Positions 42,786 through 51,823 of a DNA stretch of 64,000 nt are shown in pieces. A program made the position numbers and the translations under genes. Where the stretch lies: IMG/VR virus record IMGVR_UViG_3300045988_082903, positions 1 through 64,000 of that record, one strand, 5' to 3'. Below the pieces are notes generated by a model that made no database searches, was not told the DNA's origin, and saw nothing but the letters and a program-made list of their open reading frames with translations. The stretch comes from a virus. The first letter of the stretch is position 1, and every line of letters begins with the position of its first letter.

Positions 42786-44003
42786 TTAAGGTCTAAAATC
42801 ATGCTTTTTTCTTTCCTCGCTTTCATATTCTGCACATTTTTCGGCGCAAATAGTCCCTCCACAGGAAAACATAGCTTCTGGCATTTGCACTTTTTCATCA
42901 TATTCTTTGCCTAATTTAAGCATTGAAAACATATTACCATAGTCTTCTCTAGTAACACAATTTGACCAATATTTATTTGACGCATAATGATTTAAAAGTC
43001 TTAATCCTTGTTCGGTAGTTAAAACTGGGTGAGGTTCATTGTATGTTTGATAGTATTCCCTGTAATATTCTCTTAGCAATTCTGTGAAACCATTAAGGTA
43101 CGGAATTAAGCTAACTCTATTTTGCGGCGAATATCTTTCAGAAAAGAAATATCCATTATTTTCTAAATCAAGCCCATATTTAATATTTTTTATGCTCTTT
43201 TCGCCGTCAATATCTAGTATTCCTACAAAACATTTATCCATCATATAGTTTTGTGCAAATTTATCCTTATCAAATTTAACGCTTGGATATTTGACAAATA
43301 TCTTCAAATACCGTTTATTTTTCTTTTCCTCCGCAAAATCTTCTTCTGTGATTAAATATGTTTCAACATAATATTTTAAAAGTTTCGGATTAAACTCTAT
43401 TCCTCGTGATGTTAAAACTTTCTTGATATAATTGAAATAATAATTTGACTTATTATCCCCCTTTGAGTGATTAATACACACTCCTGGTATTTTTGAAAAT
43501 GCCATTACAATTTCATCGTATGAAAATTCTTTACAATATGATTTTACGGATTTTTCCATTGCGTCCATAATTTTATCTGCTGAAAATCTTTTCAACCAGA
43601 TTCCTATTTCTTTGCGTCCGTTATCGTTTACATCACACCCTGTCAATTGTTCAAAATATTCGGTTAGCATGTTTACTGCCATATTATCATAATCGAGTAG
43701 CTCTTTCTTCCATTCAGCAATCATTTCCAACTGTTCTTTTTTCTCTGCAAGATCTTTTAATGCTTCCTGTTGTAATGATATTGCTTTGGAATCTGAAATT
43801 CTAGTTTTGCCTTTTCCTCTATTACAATCGCGACACGAAGTAATTAAATTTGTAATCTCATCATCTCCGCCCTCTGCTACTGGCTCAATATGGTCTACTT
43901 CCAAAATTACGTCTGGTGACATTCGTCCACAATATTGACATGTGAATTTGTCTCTTTTGAATACTTCAAATCTGATTTTCTTGCTAAGTGGTTTTCTTGC
44001 CAT
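42786..44003 (-). CDS. HNH endonuclease fused to a roughly 300-aa unknown domain
   Basis: N-terminus CQYCGR...DHIEPVAEGG.D...NLITSCRDCNRGK; the C-part has a weak DnaD-like feel (WLKRFSADKIMDAMEKSV..YYFNYIKKVL), unverified. Confidence 0.7.
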   Translation of the reverse strand: MARKPLSKKIRFEVFKRDKFTCQYCGRMSPDVILEVDHIEPVAEGGDDEITNLITSCRDCNRGKGKTRISDSKAISLQQEALKDLAEKKEQLEMIAEWKKELLDYDNMAVNMLTEYFEQLTGCDVNDNGRKEIGIWLKRFSADKIMDAMEKSVKSYCKEFSYDEIVMAFSKIPGVCINHSKGDNKSNYYFNYIKKVLTSRGIEFNPKLLKYYVETYLITEEDFAEEKKNKRYLKIFVKYPSVKFDKDKFAQNYMMDKCFVGILDIDGEKSIKNIKYGLDLENNGYFFSERYSPQNRVSLIPYLNGFTELLREYYREYYQTYNEPHPVLTTEQGLRLLNHYASNKYWSNCVTREDYGNMFSMLKLGKEYDEKVQMPEAMFSCGGTICAEKCAEYESEERKKHDFRP

Positions 44004-44129
44004 AGATTAATACCTGCCTTTCGTATAAAAGAGTGCCTTGAACTGTATGTAAATCAACAGGCAGGCGGCAAGGCATTTCCGCTTTTCGATGATCGGTCTA
44101 GCCTGTTGGTTTTACCAAAATTAACGGTT

Positions 44130-44203
44130 AAAATAAAAAAGAGCCGCCAAGTAAGATAAAAATTCCTCAAAATCGAGAAATGTTAATTTCTTCTTAGCGG
44201 CTC
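44130..44203 (-). terminator. Structured element with U tract after the tape measure gene
   Basis: GAGCCGCtAAG ... CTTgGCGGCTC outer stem enclosing a GAAAT..ATTTC hairpin, then TTTTTTATTTT. Confidence 0.45.
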
Positions 44204-44240
44204 AAAAATTCAAGACCGTGTGTACTTCTTCATTGAAGAA

Positions 44241-44269
44241 ATTATACCACACAATCAGTCAAAAATCAA
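44241..44269 (-). promoter_or_regulatory. Promoter-like element overlapping the tape-measure stop
   Basis: TTGATT - 17 nt - TGgTATAAT on the minus strand. Confidence 0.4.
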
Positions 44270-47200
44270 TATGCCGGGGACGGATTGAAACGGCTGTCAC
44301 GGTTTTCTTTCGCTTTTGTAACAATTTTTGCGAACTCGTCCCCATCAATTGAAATGCTGTTCATGATGTACTGCGGATTCTTATTTCCATTGTTTGTACT
44401 CATTGCCATTGCAACTCCCTGTGCTACTGCTTTTGCCATTTCTTCTTTTGTAAGTCCCATGCTTCCGTCCGAACTGGAAACAATGCTGTCTGCAATCTTC
44501 TTCATGGTTCGTGGATTTTCCAGCGGAAGAACTGCTTCGGAACCGGCTTCACCGATACCGATTACCTGTGCACCATTGAAAAGACCACCTTTCGCGTACC
44601 AATTAGGCTTGTAAACTGGTGTAGAACTGGTTCTTCCACCGCCAAGATCATGTTTTCTCCACTCTGAAATATAATAAGTCAGAGTTGGTAAATGCACTTG
44701 TTTCATGCCGTCAGCGAATGATTGAGCAGTTTCCCGACCAATTGATGTAAGATTAACATTAAATAGCCTTTTAATTTTATCCGAAATCCCAGACAAATTA
44801 GATTCTGTGTAGGTTTTCATTTTTCCGGTTTCCGTGTCAACTTTACCAGAAGCCTTTTCCAAAATCTGGTTTGTATTAATCAGAACGGAAGACCAATAGC
44901 TTTGAATAGTTGTCATAACCTTACCCATTACATCTTTTGTATCGGTGTCCATGGTTCCGAGAGCTGTTGATACTGCATTTGCGGAATTTCCCCAGTTTGT
45001 TTTAGAGTTGGTTTCAACATCATCATTTGTGTTCTTTATCTTCGACCAAATGGAAGGCATTGTGCTTTCTGTGCTTTTTTTCATCCCAGCCATTGCAGTG
45101 CTTACGGCGGTATTGGCGAGACCAAAGCCAGTTTTTGTCTTGGATGATACGGAGCTAGAAGCATTTGCAACAGCGGTAGTAATACCTCCCACTGCTGTTT
45201 TCACAGATGTATTCATTCCATCGAAAGAATTCTTTGCACTTGTTTCCATTGTGACAACTGCATCTGGAAAATCTTTTCTGAGTTTTTCATCTAATTCATC
45301 TAACGGAACGCCAGCATTTTTTAATGACGTATAAACTGCGTCTAGTGCTTCTTCTGTATTAGCATATGTTCTTCCAGATATTGCACTATCAAGAGCATCT
45401 TTAGCAGTTAAGTAGTCTCCACTAAATTGATCAGAGCTAAGACTTAAAAGATAAAGTTCGTCTTTCAAATCAGATATACTGATTTTGGTTGTATCAAATT
45501 TTCCTGCTGATTCAGATACACCATCTCCAAGGGCTACAGCTTTGTCATTCATATCTTCCAAAAATCCAGTTGATATGCCCGCCTGTGCGCCGTATTTTTC
45601 GAGAATTTTTCTTGCATCTTCGGTTGATACGCCGAATTCTCCAAGTTTCTGAATGAAACTATCGTACATTTCAGAATTTGATTTTCCGGCACTTTCATCT
45701 GCTTCAATTAACTTCCAAAGCTCTTCTGCTTGATCTTGCGTTATTTTATGCGCGCTTTCCATCTCGCCTGCATAATCATGGAGATAACCACCTGTTTGTG
45801 TGAGAATACCATTTCCACCTTGCGCAGCTTCTGTAATACTTGCAATTCCTTTAGCAAGTTTAACAGATAATGCCGTTGCAACAAATACAATCCCAGCGGT
45901 TCCAAATATAGCACCAAGTGTTGAAGAAAACGTTTTAAGTCCGCCTGTTGAAGCTGTTTCCGCTGCATCTCCAACTCCCTTTATTGCTTCACTTGCCGCA
46001 CTTGTACCATTTCCTATCACATCCGCAAGTTTATCTGCAATTAGTTCTGCATTTTTCTTTTCAGCTATTTTGCCTGCAATATGTCCCACAAGTGAACCAA
46101 CAAGAGTTCCAATACCTGTAATATTTGCTATTTTTACTGCAATAAACGCTTTTGTAAGCCATTCTGCAATATGTCCGGCTATCGGGTGTTTTTCCTCTAA
46201 TCCATCAAACAATCCGTTTAATGCGCTGGTAAGACCAGTCAATAACAAATCAGCCGCAGTACTAAGTATTTCACCCCATGGTAATTCGCCAAGGAATGTT
46301 CCAACACCTTGTCCAAATTCATAGAAAGTGTCTTTTGTAAGCGTATTTTTCAACGCCGTACACAGGTGAGATATGAAATCTCCAAGTGCTTGTCCATTTT
46401 CTTTCCAGTTTGTATCTTTGATGAACTTAGCGATTCCATCTCTGATTTTCGTTGCTAGATCATCCCAATTAAATGTTTCGGTAAATGACTTTAAGCTTTC
46501 AAATGCTCCATTCAGTAAGCCGGAAAGTGCATCTGCAATGGTGTTCATGTCTATCTTTTCGATTGCACCATTTAAGGCATTTCCAAGTGCAGTGCCAAGT
46601 TTACCCCATCCAGTAATTCCAGCACCATCCTTTTTAGACATATCCTTTACAAAGCCAGAAAGCATTTTCCAAGATGCCATAAAACTATTTCCGATTAAGT
46701 TTCCAAGACCTGTCCAGTCAATTTCCTTTATAGCGCCTTTTAAAAGTTGAGACAGTTTTGCCCCTATTCCAGAAAAATCTATTCCTCCCTCTCCGAGCAA
46801 CAGGTTTAGGGTATTTACTGCCGTGTTGATTCCAGCCCCAAGCAATCTTCCCATTAAGTCAAAATCTATACCTCTAACCATGGAATTGAATGCCGTGGTA
46901 AATGCATTTACAAATTCGGTTATTTTCGGGCCAACATTATTCCAATTAATAACTTCATATATTTTTTGCATTCCGACATTTATCATGTCTGCAATAGTAA
47001 AGCCTAGTCCCTGCCAGTCTTTATTGATAAATGCCTTTCTAATTTTAGCAGCCCATTTATTAATTGGTGTTTCATCAACAGTCAAAACTTCATCAAGTGA
47101 ATCTTGTATTCCAGCAAAACTATCTGCCAAATCTCCAAGCCCAGAACCAAGACTTTTAGATGCAGTTCCAGAATTATCAGAATTATCGGCAAGCTGATTT

Positions 47201-49005
47201 AATTGGTCAAATGGCAATACAGAAAGTGCCTTTTTCAGTTTCTTTGCAGATGATGTAGCGTCATCAAGCCCGGAGGAGGCATCGTCACCAGCTGTTTCTA
47301 TACCGCCTAAGTTAGATACAATATCACTAACTCCACTCTGTGAGCCTTTTAGTTTCTTACCCATCAATACATACATGAAGTTGCGAAATGCATTTGCGGC
47401 TTGCATAAGCTTTGACATGAGCGCATTAAGTGCTTGAATAGCCGGGAGAATTCCAGCGATTAAACCTTGCCCGATTACTGCAGAAAGTGACTGGAAATTC
47501 AGAGTGAGTAAACGAACCTGGTTCGCCCAGGTGCCAGATGTCCTTGCGAAATCCCCTTGCACATCTCCTGTAACTGACATTAAATAGTTATATCGAAGAG
47601 CAACTTTTTCAGCTTGAGACATTGCATTATAAGATGTTGTAATTCCCCTTGAAAGAGCATAAGCCTCCATATTTGCAACGGATAAATTAATACCCAATTG
47701 TCTTAAAGGCTCAATTTCCCCGGAAATTCCAGCGCGTATTTTCTGAAAAGCAGTATCGGTATCAATGTTGTAAAATGATGCAATATCCCCGGCTAATCCA
47801 GCAAGAGAAATTGACATTTTAGAAGCTGCATCTTGCGCAACACCAGATGATTTCATCATTGCCATCATGGTTCCAGAATATTGCTTTGCTGCCAATTCGG
47901 ATAATCCAAATTGTTCTTTAGCCGTAGAAGCAAATTTGTAGGCTTCATCTGCCATGCTTCCAAAGGAAACATCTACAACATTTTCGATTTCTGTAATAGC
48001 AGAGCCAAAACCAATTGCACTTTTTCCTAAATTTGCCAGACCACGAATAGCCTTAAAACCGATAGCAGTTTTAAGCAAATTTCCGAGATTAAAAGAAGCG
48101 GTTTTAATTCCAGAACTACTATTCCCGAGACGTTGAAACCATCCAATAATGCCTTTTACCCCGGTTCCAATTATAGAAGAAGTTTTACTAACAATATTAC
48201 CAAGGCTAGATGTTGCAGATGATAATTTAGAAAACGCACTGGATATAGAATTTGTAGCGGAATTTACCTTTCCCCCTGCATTAGCCAACTTTGCCAGTGC
48301 TTCCGTCATGCGGATTGTGTTATCACTGATTTTTGGTGCGGTTTTCATTACATCAAAGAAAGATAATACTTCCTTTGCTAGTGTTCCAAGCTGGCTTGAC
48401 GTTTGTCCGATTTTATTTCCAGAGCTTGCCAATTGTGCAATAGACTGAACTAACCTATTTACAGGTTCAGATATATCGCCAACGCTCGTAAAACTCTCTA
48501 CGATTGATTTAAGATTTCTTCCAAGCCCAGGCAATTCAGCCGATACATTTGCAATATATTCACCGGAATTGGCTAGTCTAGCCATTGAATTGACAAAACG
48601 ATTAACACTGGTAGATACATCTGGTATTTCCGATAAACCTGATAATTTAGTGATTATTTCTCCGAGTTTTCCTGTGTCAAAACTACTTATATCAACCTGG
48701 CTAAGCCTGTTGATTGAGTTGATAACTGCATTCAGTCCAGAACCTTTATAATCTACTCCGCCCATTGTCTTTATGGAATTTGAGAATTTTCCAATTCCAT
48801 CAGCAATGCTTGTCATTTTCCCTATATCAAGTTCTTTTAGTTTTCCAAGTTCCCTTACACAACCACGTAATCCGTTTGTATTAACTCCGCTTAATGCGGA
48901 ATTAACTTCTGTGAGTTTATTTGAAAGATTAGTCAGCGCACGTACTGCTTTTTCTGTACTACTGCTAATTTGTATATCAAGGGTATCAATGGTATTTTCA
49001 GCCAT
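44266..49005 (-). CDS. Tail tape measure protein
   Basis: 1579 aa, Ala/Gly/Ser-rich and helical, follows the chaperone pair; ATG 49005 after GGAGGG. Confidence 0.9.
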   Translation of the reverse strand: MAENTIDTLDIQISSSTEKAVRALTNLSNKLTEVNSALSGVNTNGLRGCVRELGKLKELDIGKMTSIADGIGKFSNSIKTMGGVDYKGSGLNAVINSINRLSQVDISSFDTGKLGEIITKLSGLSEIPDVSTSVNRFVNSMARLANSGEYIANVSAELPGLGRNLKSIVESFTSVGDISEPVNRLVQSIAQLASSGNKIGQTSSQLGTLAKEVLSFFDVMKTAPKISDNTIRMTEALAKLANAGGKVNSATNSISSAFSKLSSATSSLGNIVSKTSSIIGTGVKGIIGWFQRLGNSSSGIKTASFNLGNLLKTAIGFKAIRGLANLGKSAIGFGSAITEIENVVDVSFGSMADEAYKFASTAKEQFGLSELAAKQYSGTMMAMMKSSGVAQDAASKMSISLAGLAGDIASFYNIDTDTAFQKIRAGISGEIEPLRQLGINLSVANMEAYALSRGITTSYNAMSQAEKVALRYNYLMSVTGDVQGDFARTSGTWANQVRLLTLNFQSLSAVIGQGLIAGILPAIQALNALMSKLMQAANAFRNFMYVLMGKKLKGSQSGVSDIVSNLGGIETAGDDASSGLDDATSSAKKLKKALSVLPFDQLNQLADNSDNSGTASKSLGSGLGDLADSFAGIQDSLDEVLTVDETPINKWAAKIRKAFINKDWQGLGFTIADMINVGMQKIYEVINWNNVGPKITEFVNAFTTAFNSMVRGIDFDLMGRLLGAGINTAVNTLNLLLGEGGIDFSGIGAKLSQLLKGAIKEIDWTGLGNLIGNSFMASWKMLSGFVKDMSKKDGAGITGWGKLGTALGNALNGAIEKIDMNTIADALSGLLNGAFESLKSFTETFNWDDLATKIRDGIAKFIKDTNWKENGQALGDFISHLCTALKNTLTKDTFYEFGQGVGTFLGELPWGEILSTAADLLLTGLTSALNGLFDGLEEKHPIAGHIAEWLTKAFIAVKIANITGIGTLVGSLVGHIAGKIAEKKNAELIADKLADVIGNGTSAASEAIKGVGDAAETASTGGLKTFSSTLGAIFGTAGIVFVATALSVKLAKGIASITEAAQGGNGILTQTGGYLHDYAGEMESAHKITQDQAEELWKLIEADESAGKSNSEMYDSFIQKLGEFGVSTEDARKILEKYGAQAGISTGFLEDMNDKAVALGDGVSESAGKFDTTKISISDLKDELYLLSLSSDQFSGDYLTAKDALDSAISGRTYANTEEALDAVYTSLKNAGVPLDELDEKLRKDFPDAVVTMETSAKNSFDGMNTSVKTAVGGITTAVANASSSVSSKTKTGFGLANTAVSTAMAGMKKSTESTMPSIWSKIKNTNDDVETNSKTNWGNSANAVSTALGTMDTDTKDVMGKVMTTIQSYWSSVLINTNQILEKASGKVDTETGKMKTYTESNLSGISDKIKRLFNVNLTSIGRETAQSFADGMKQVHLPTLTYYISEWRKHDLGGGRTSSTPVYKPNWYAKGGLFNGAQVIGIGEAGSEAVLPLENPRTMKKIADSIVSSSDGSMGLTKEEMAKAVAQGVAMAMSTNNGNKNPQYIMNSISIDGDEFAKIVTKAKENRDSRFNPSPAY

Positions 49006-49053
49006 TTTATTTATCCCTCCTTTTTTTACAAAAAAATAAAGGGCAGACAAGAC

Positions 49054-49380
49054 TTATTCATCCTGCCTGCCCTTTTCATGGTTAAGTTCAAAGTTTGCCT
49101 GCATGAGTTGCAAGCTTGCCAAAAGTGCGTTTCTCTGTTTTTTCTTTTCTTCTTCGGAAAGTATGCCTTCCTGTTTACGCTTTTCTTCCTCTGCTGATTC
49201 CAGTAAAGGTTTTTTCAAATACTCTGCTTTAGATTTTTTCCCCATTAAAGCATTCGCAACAGCCGTGAATGTGGCTGATGTTTCATAAATGCCAGCTTGC
49301 CATAATTCGGCATCTTTCCTCTTTTGGCGTATCTTTTCAGCTTCGAGATAAGGTTTTAATTCAGCTGGCGTAGAATCCAT
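49054..49380 (-). CDS. Tail assembly chaperone extension (T-like), probably made as a -1 frameshift fusion
   Basis: Its frame stays open upstream to the slippery site at 49461-49467. Confidence 0.6.
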   Translation of the reverse strand: MDSTPAELKPYLEAEKIRQKRKDAELWQAGIYETSATFTAVANALMGKKSKAEYLKKPLLESAEEEKRKQEGILSEEEKKKQRNALLASLQLMQANFELNHEKGRQDE

Positions 49381-49451
49381 AAATTCTTCTTTGGATACAC
49401 CGATAGAGAGGTATAACGGAAGAATCTCTTGGTAAACAGCTTCTCGAAAAG

Positions 49452-49880
49452 TTAATTTTTCTTTTTGTGATCCTGTGGGAGCTTCGTTGCATTCTTCTCC
49501 ACTGCCTGCGCTTCTGCTACTGCATTCAGCAGACCGGATAAAAAACCATTTTTCTCCAATTCTTTGTCGAGAAGTTGGTATAAATCAAATCCGCTTTTCG
49601 GATTTTCCTCAGTCCCTTCATCTTCGTAATCATCCAAAAGGTCACAGACTTTATTAAGAACAGCTTCTTTTTCAGAATCACTTTCATACCCAAACTCTTC
49701 CTTGTGTTTCTTTTGAAGTCCGGCAAGAAGCAGTTCCGGGAGAAGAGAAATCATCTTCTGAAGGCTTCTCTCTTTTCCATCTGTAATCCCCTGTACCTTG
49801 TCCAGCACATCTGTTTTTGTAAGAAGTCCATATCCAAATACAACCTTATACTCTTTTCCATGTACATTGAAAGTTACCAT
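49452..49880 (-). CDS. Tail assembly chaperone (G-like)
   Basis: 142 aa between major tail and tape measure. Confidence 0.65.
   Translation of the reverse strand: MVTFNVHGKEYKVVFGYGLLTKTDVLDKVQGITDGKERSLQKMISLLPELLLAGLQKKHKEEFGYESDSEKEAVLNKVCDLLDDYEDEGTEENPKSGFDLYQLLDKELEKNGFLSGLLNAVAEAQAVEKNATKLPQDHKKKN
49461..49467 (-). promoter_or_regulatory. Candidate -1 programmed frameshift site C AAA AAG
   Basis: Eight codons... read directly: CAC AAA AAG AAA AAT TAA; the -1 frame runs stop-free into 49054..49380. Confidence 0.5.
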
Positions 49881-49905
49881 TTTATAATCCTCCCGATATA
49901 TTTTG

Positions 49906-50436
49906 TTAGCTAAGTGCCATTGCGCCTGTGGAATCTGCTACTGCTTTTGCGGTGTCTAAAGCCTGTGTAAGCTCTTCGGAAACAACTTTTGTATCAAGAC
50001 CTTTATATTCCTGAATAATGAGAGACAGCGGAATTGTTGCTGCTTCATTCTGTCCAATATCAGACAATGGAATATTTTTTCCAGGGTCTGCGATAACAAA
50101 AAATGCATCAGCGAGGTCTGGAAATACAACTTCAAACCAAACTCTAAATCCTTTTGGCTTTCCTGTTGCCGCATCAGTCATAAGCTTCTTTAATGCTGTG
50201 ATAACATCAGCGTTAAGATTGAAGGTTACATCCCAAGTACCACCAGTATCCTGTCTACCGGACGCATACTGTGTAATGAAGTCTTCAAGAGCTGATACGT
50301 CAATCTGCTCTGTGTCAAGGGAAATTCCACCAATGGAACTACATCTTTTTAACCAGGTAAATGCAGTTGGCTTTGTTCCTTTAGCGGTTTCAACACCGTA
50401 ATGAAAAGTTACGCCAAGTGTTGTTAAATCTGCCAT
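49906..50436 (-). CDS. Major tail protein
   Basis: 176 aa immediately upstream of the chaperones; position plus beta-rich composition. Confidence 0.7.
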   Translation of the reverse strand: MADLTTLGVTFHYGVETAKGTKPTAFTWLKRCSSIGGISLDTEQIDVSALEDFITQYASGRQDTGGTWDVTFNLNADVITALKKLMTDAATGKPKGFRVWFEVVFPDLADAFFVIADPGKNIPLSDIGQNEAATIPLSLIIQEYKGLDTKVVSEELTQALDTAKAVADSTGAMALS

Positions 50437-50511
50437 TTTGATAGGCTCCTTTCTTTAATTCAAGTTTTATGCACGTAACCCTGTGCCGGGAGATAGCGGA
50501 TCACCGCCTTT

Positions 50512-50724
50512 CTACTCTTCTTTGTCTGTTTTCAGTTCTGGTAATCCTGCTACAGATGTAAGCAGTGATAAAAAGCCGGAAAGTAAAGACGCGGATAAAA
50601 CCATTTTCCAGTCAACACTGCCAATTACAGTTGCGGTTCCGATGGTTGCTATTGCTGTTTGTGCGACTGTTTTTACAGCTCTAATTCCTGCTGCTTTCAG
50701 CCAAAGTAATTTATCTGCTTTCAT
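50512..50724 (-). CDS. Holin-like two-TM protein
   Basis: ATG 50724 after AAAGGAGAA; AGIRAVKTVAQTAIATIG...LLSGFLSLLTSVAGLPE. Confidence 0.5.
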   Translation of the reverse strand: MKADKLLWLKAAGIRAVKTVAQTAIATIGTATVIGSVDWKMVLSASLLSGFLSLLTSVAGLPELKTDKEE

Positions 50725-50776
50725 TCGGCATTCTCCTTTCATATTTTTGGATAAAAAAATAGAAGCATTTCTGCTC

Positions 50777-51181
50777 CTAATCTAATAAAGTTCCTGTATA
50801 TATCCGGCTGTATCGGCTCACAAGCTTTTTGATTCCACTGTCACCAAAAAACATAGGCTCCGGGCCATATGTGCGGCGGAATCCCATGCTCACCATAACT
50901 TTATGACTTATCTTGTCCAATTCATACACTCTGGTTAATGCTTTGCTCCCAGATGTGAAGCAATTTACTTGAAACGATGGCATTGTTGCACATTCATCCC
51001 CTTCAAGGTCACCTCTTGCAATTGGATTTCCGAGCATATAAAGCTGTGCATATGCTTTTTTACCGGAAGCATTTGTCTCGCTACCATCCATGGAATAATT
51101 GTCTGCGCCAGTAATCTTAGAAACAGCCGCTCCCCACCTTGAAAAAACTTCCAATACAGGGGCTTCTATTGTGTCTGGCAT
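50777..51181 (-). CDS. Tail completion/terminator-like protein (position-based)
   Basis: ATG 51181 after GAGGTGA; first gene after late cassette b. Confidence 0.45.
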   Translation of the reverse strand: MPDTIEAPVLEVFSRWGAAVSKITGADNYSMDGSETNASGKKAYAQLYMLGNPIARGDLEGDECATMPSFQVNCFTSGSKALTRVYELDKISHKVMVSMGFRRTYGPEPMFFGDSGIKKLVSRYSRIYTGTLLD

Positions 51182-51194
51182 ATTCGTCACCTCA

Positions 51195-51230
51195 CAATAA
51201 AAAATGCACTCACCTTTATAGTGAATGCAT
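51195..51230 (-). terminator. Promoter-proximal intrinsic terminator (late cassette b)
   Basis: Minus strand ATGCATTCAC tataaag GTGAGTGCAT then TTTTTTATTG. Confidence 0.7.
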
Positions 51231-51259
51231 TGCATTTTATGCTACAATTTAACACTGTA

Positions 51260-51305
51260 ATCATAACATAATTGGTTGGTATCATTCAGTATACTTTGGT
51301 ATCAT
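51260..51305 (-). promoter_or_regulatory. Late-promoter-like cassette b
   Basis: Minus strand ATGATACCAAAGTATACTGAATGATAC - 8 nt - TATGTTATGAT. Confidence 0.6.
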
Positions 51306-51307
51306 CT

Positions 51308-51823
51308 TCAAGAAGAGAACACCTCTTTGGCGATTTTGCGGATATTCTGAATGATTTCTACGCTTGCCTTATACATTGGCATTGTAGCTTCTGTACCGTA
51401 AGAACGTACCCATTCGCCAGAATCAGATACATATACCCAGGAATCGTTTTTTCCTTTTCCTTGTCCGTAAGAACCGATTATATAACCAAATTCTTCTCCT
51501 TTTGGATGCGGACTAGAACCGGCTGCACCATTGTAGTGAATACCTGCACCGAATTCTATAAACAAAAGGTCTATTCCTTCACATATTAAATGAGCTTCTG
51601 CATAGTCCCCAAAACTGTTGATTTTGATATAAGTATTATGGTTCTTATCAGAATCGCCTTGTGCTGCCAAAATATTTTGGTCAATGACCGGAATCCCTAA
51701 TTCACATAATCTTTTTATGAAGATTTCATTTTTATTCCTTAAAGATTTTTGATAATTTTTTATTTCATCAATAGCTTTTTGGATTGATTTCTGTGATAAG
51801 GTACACTTTATTGTCTTACCCAT
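51308..51823 (-). CDS. Head-tail joining/tail component (position-based)
   Basis: ATG 51823 after GAGAGGAAA. Confidence 0.4.
   Translation of the reverse strand: MGKTIKCTLSQKSIQKAIDEIKNYQKSLRNKNEIFIKRLCELGIPVIDQNILAAQGDSDKNHNTYIKINSFGDYAEAHLICEGIDLLFIEFGAGIHYNGAAGSSPHPKGEEFGYIIGSYGQGKGKNDSWVYVSDSGEWVRSYGTEATMPMYKASVEIIQNIRKIAKEVFSS

Noticed and set aside
44285-49197. Numerous plus-strand ORFs inside the tape measure gene, and similar antisense ORFs inside the fibre, ATPase, capsid and portal genes
   Set aside because: These are shadow ORFs on the opposite strand of long, well-supported genes. They have low-complexity Ser/Phe-rich translations and no SD motifs.
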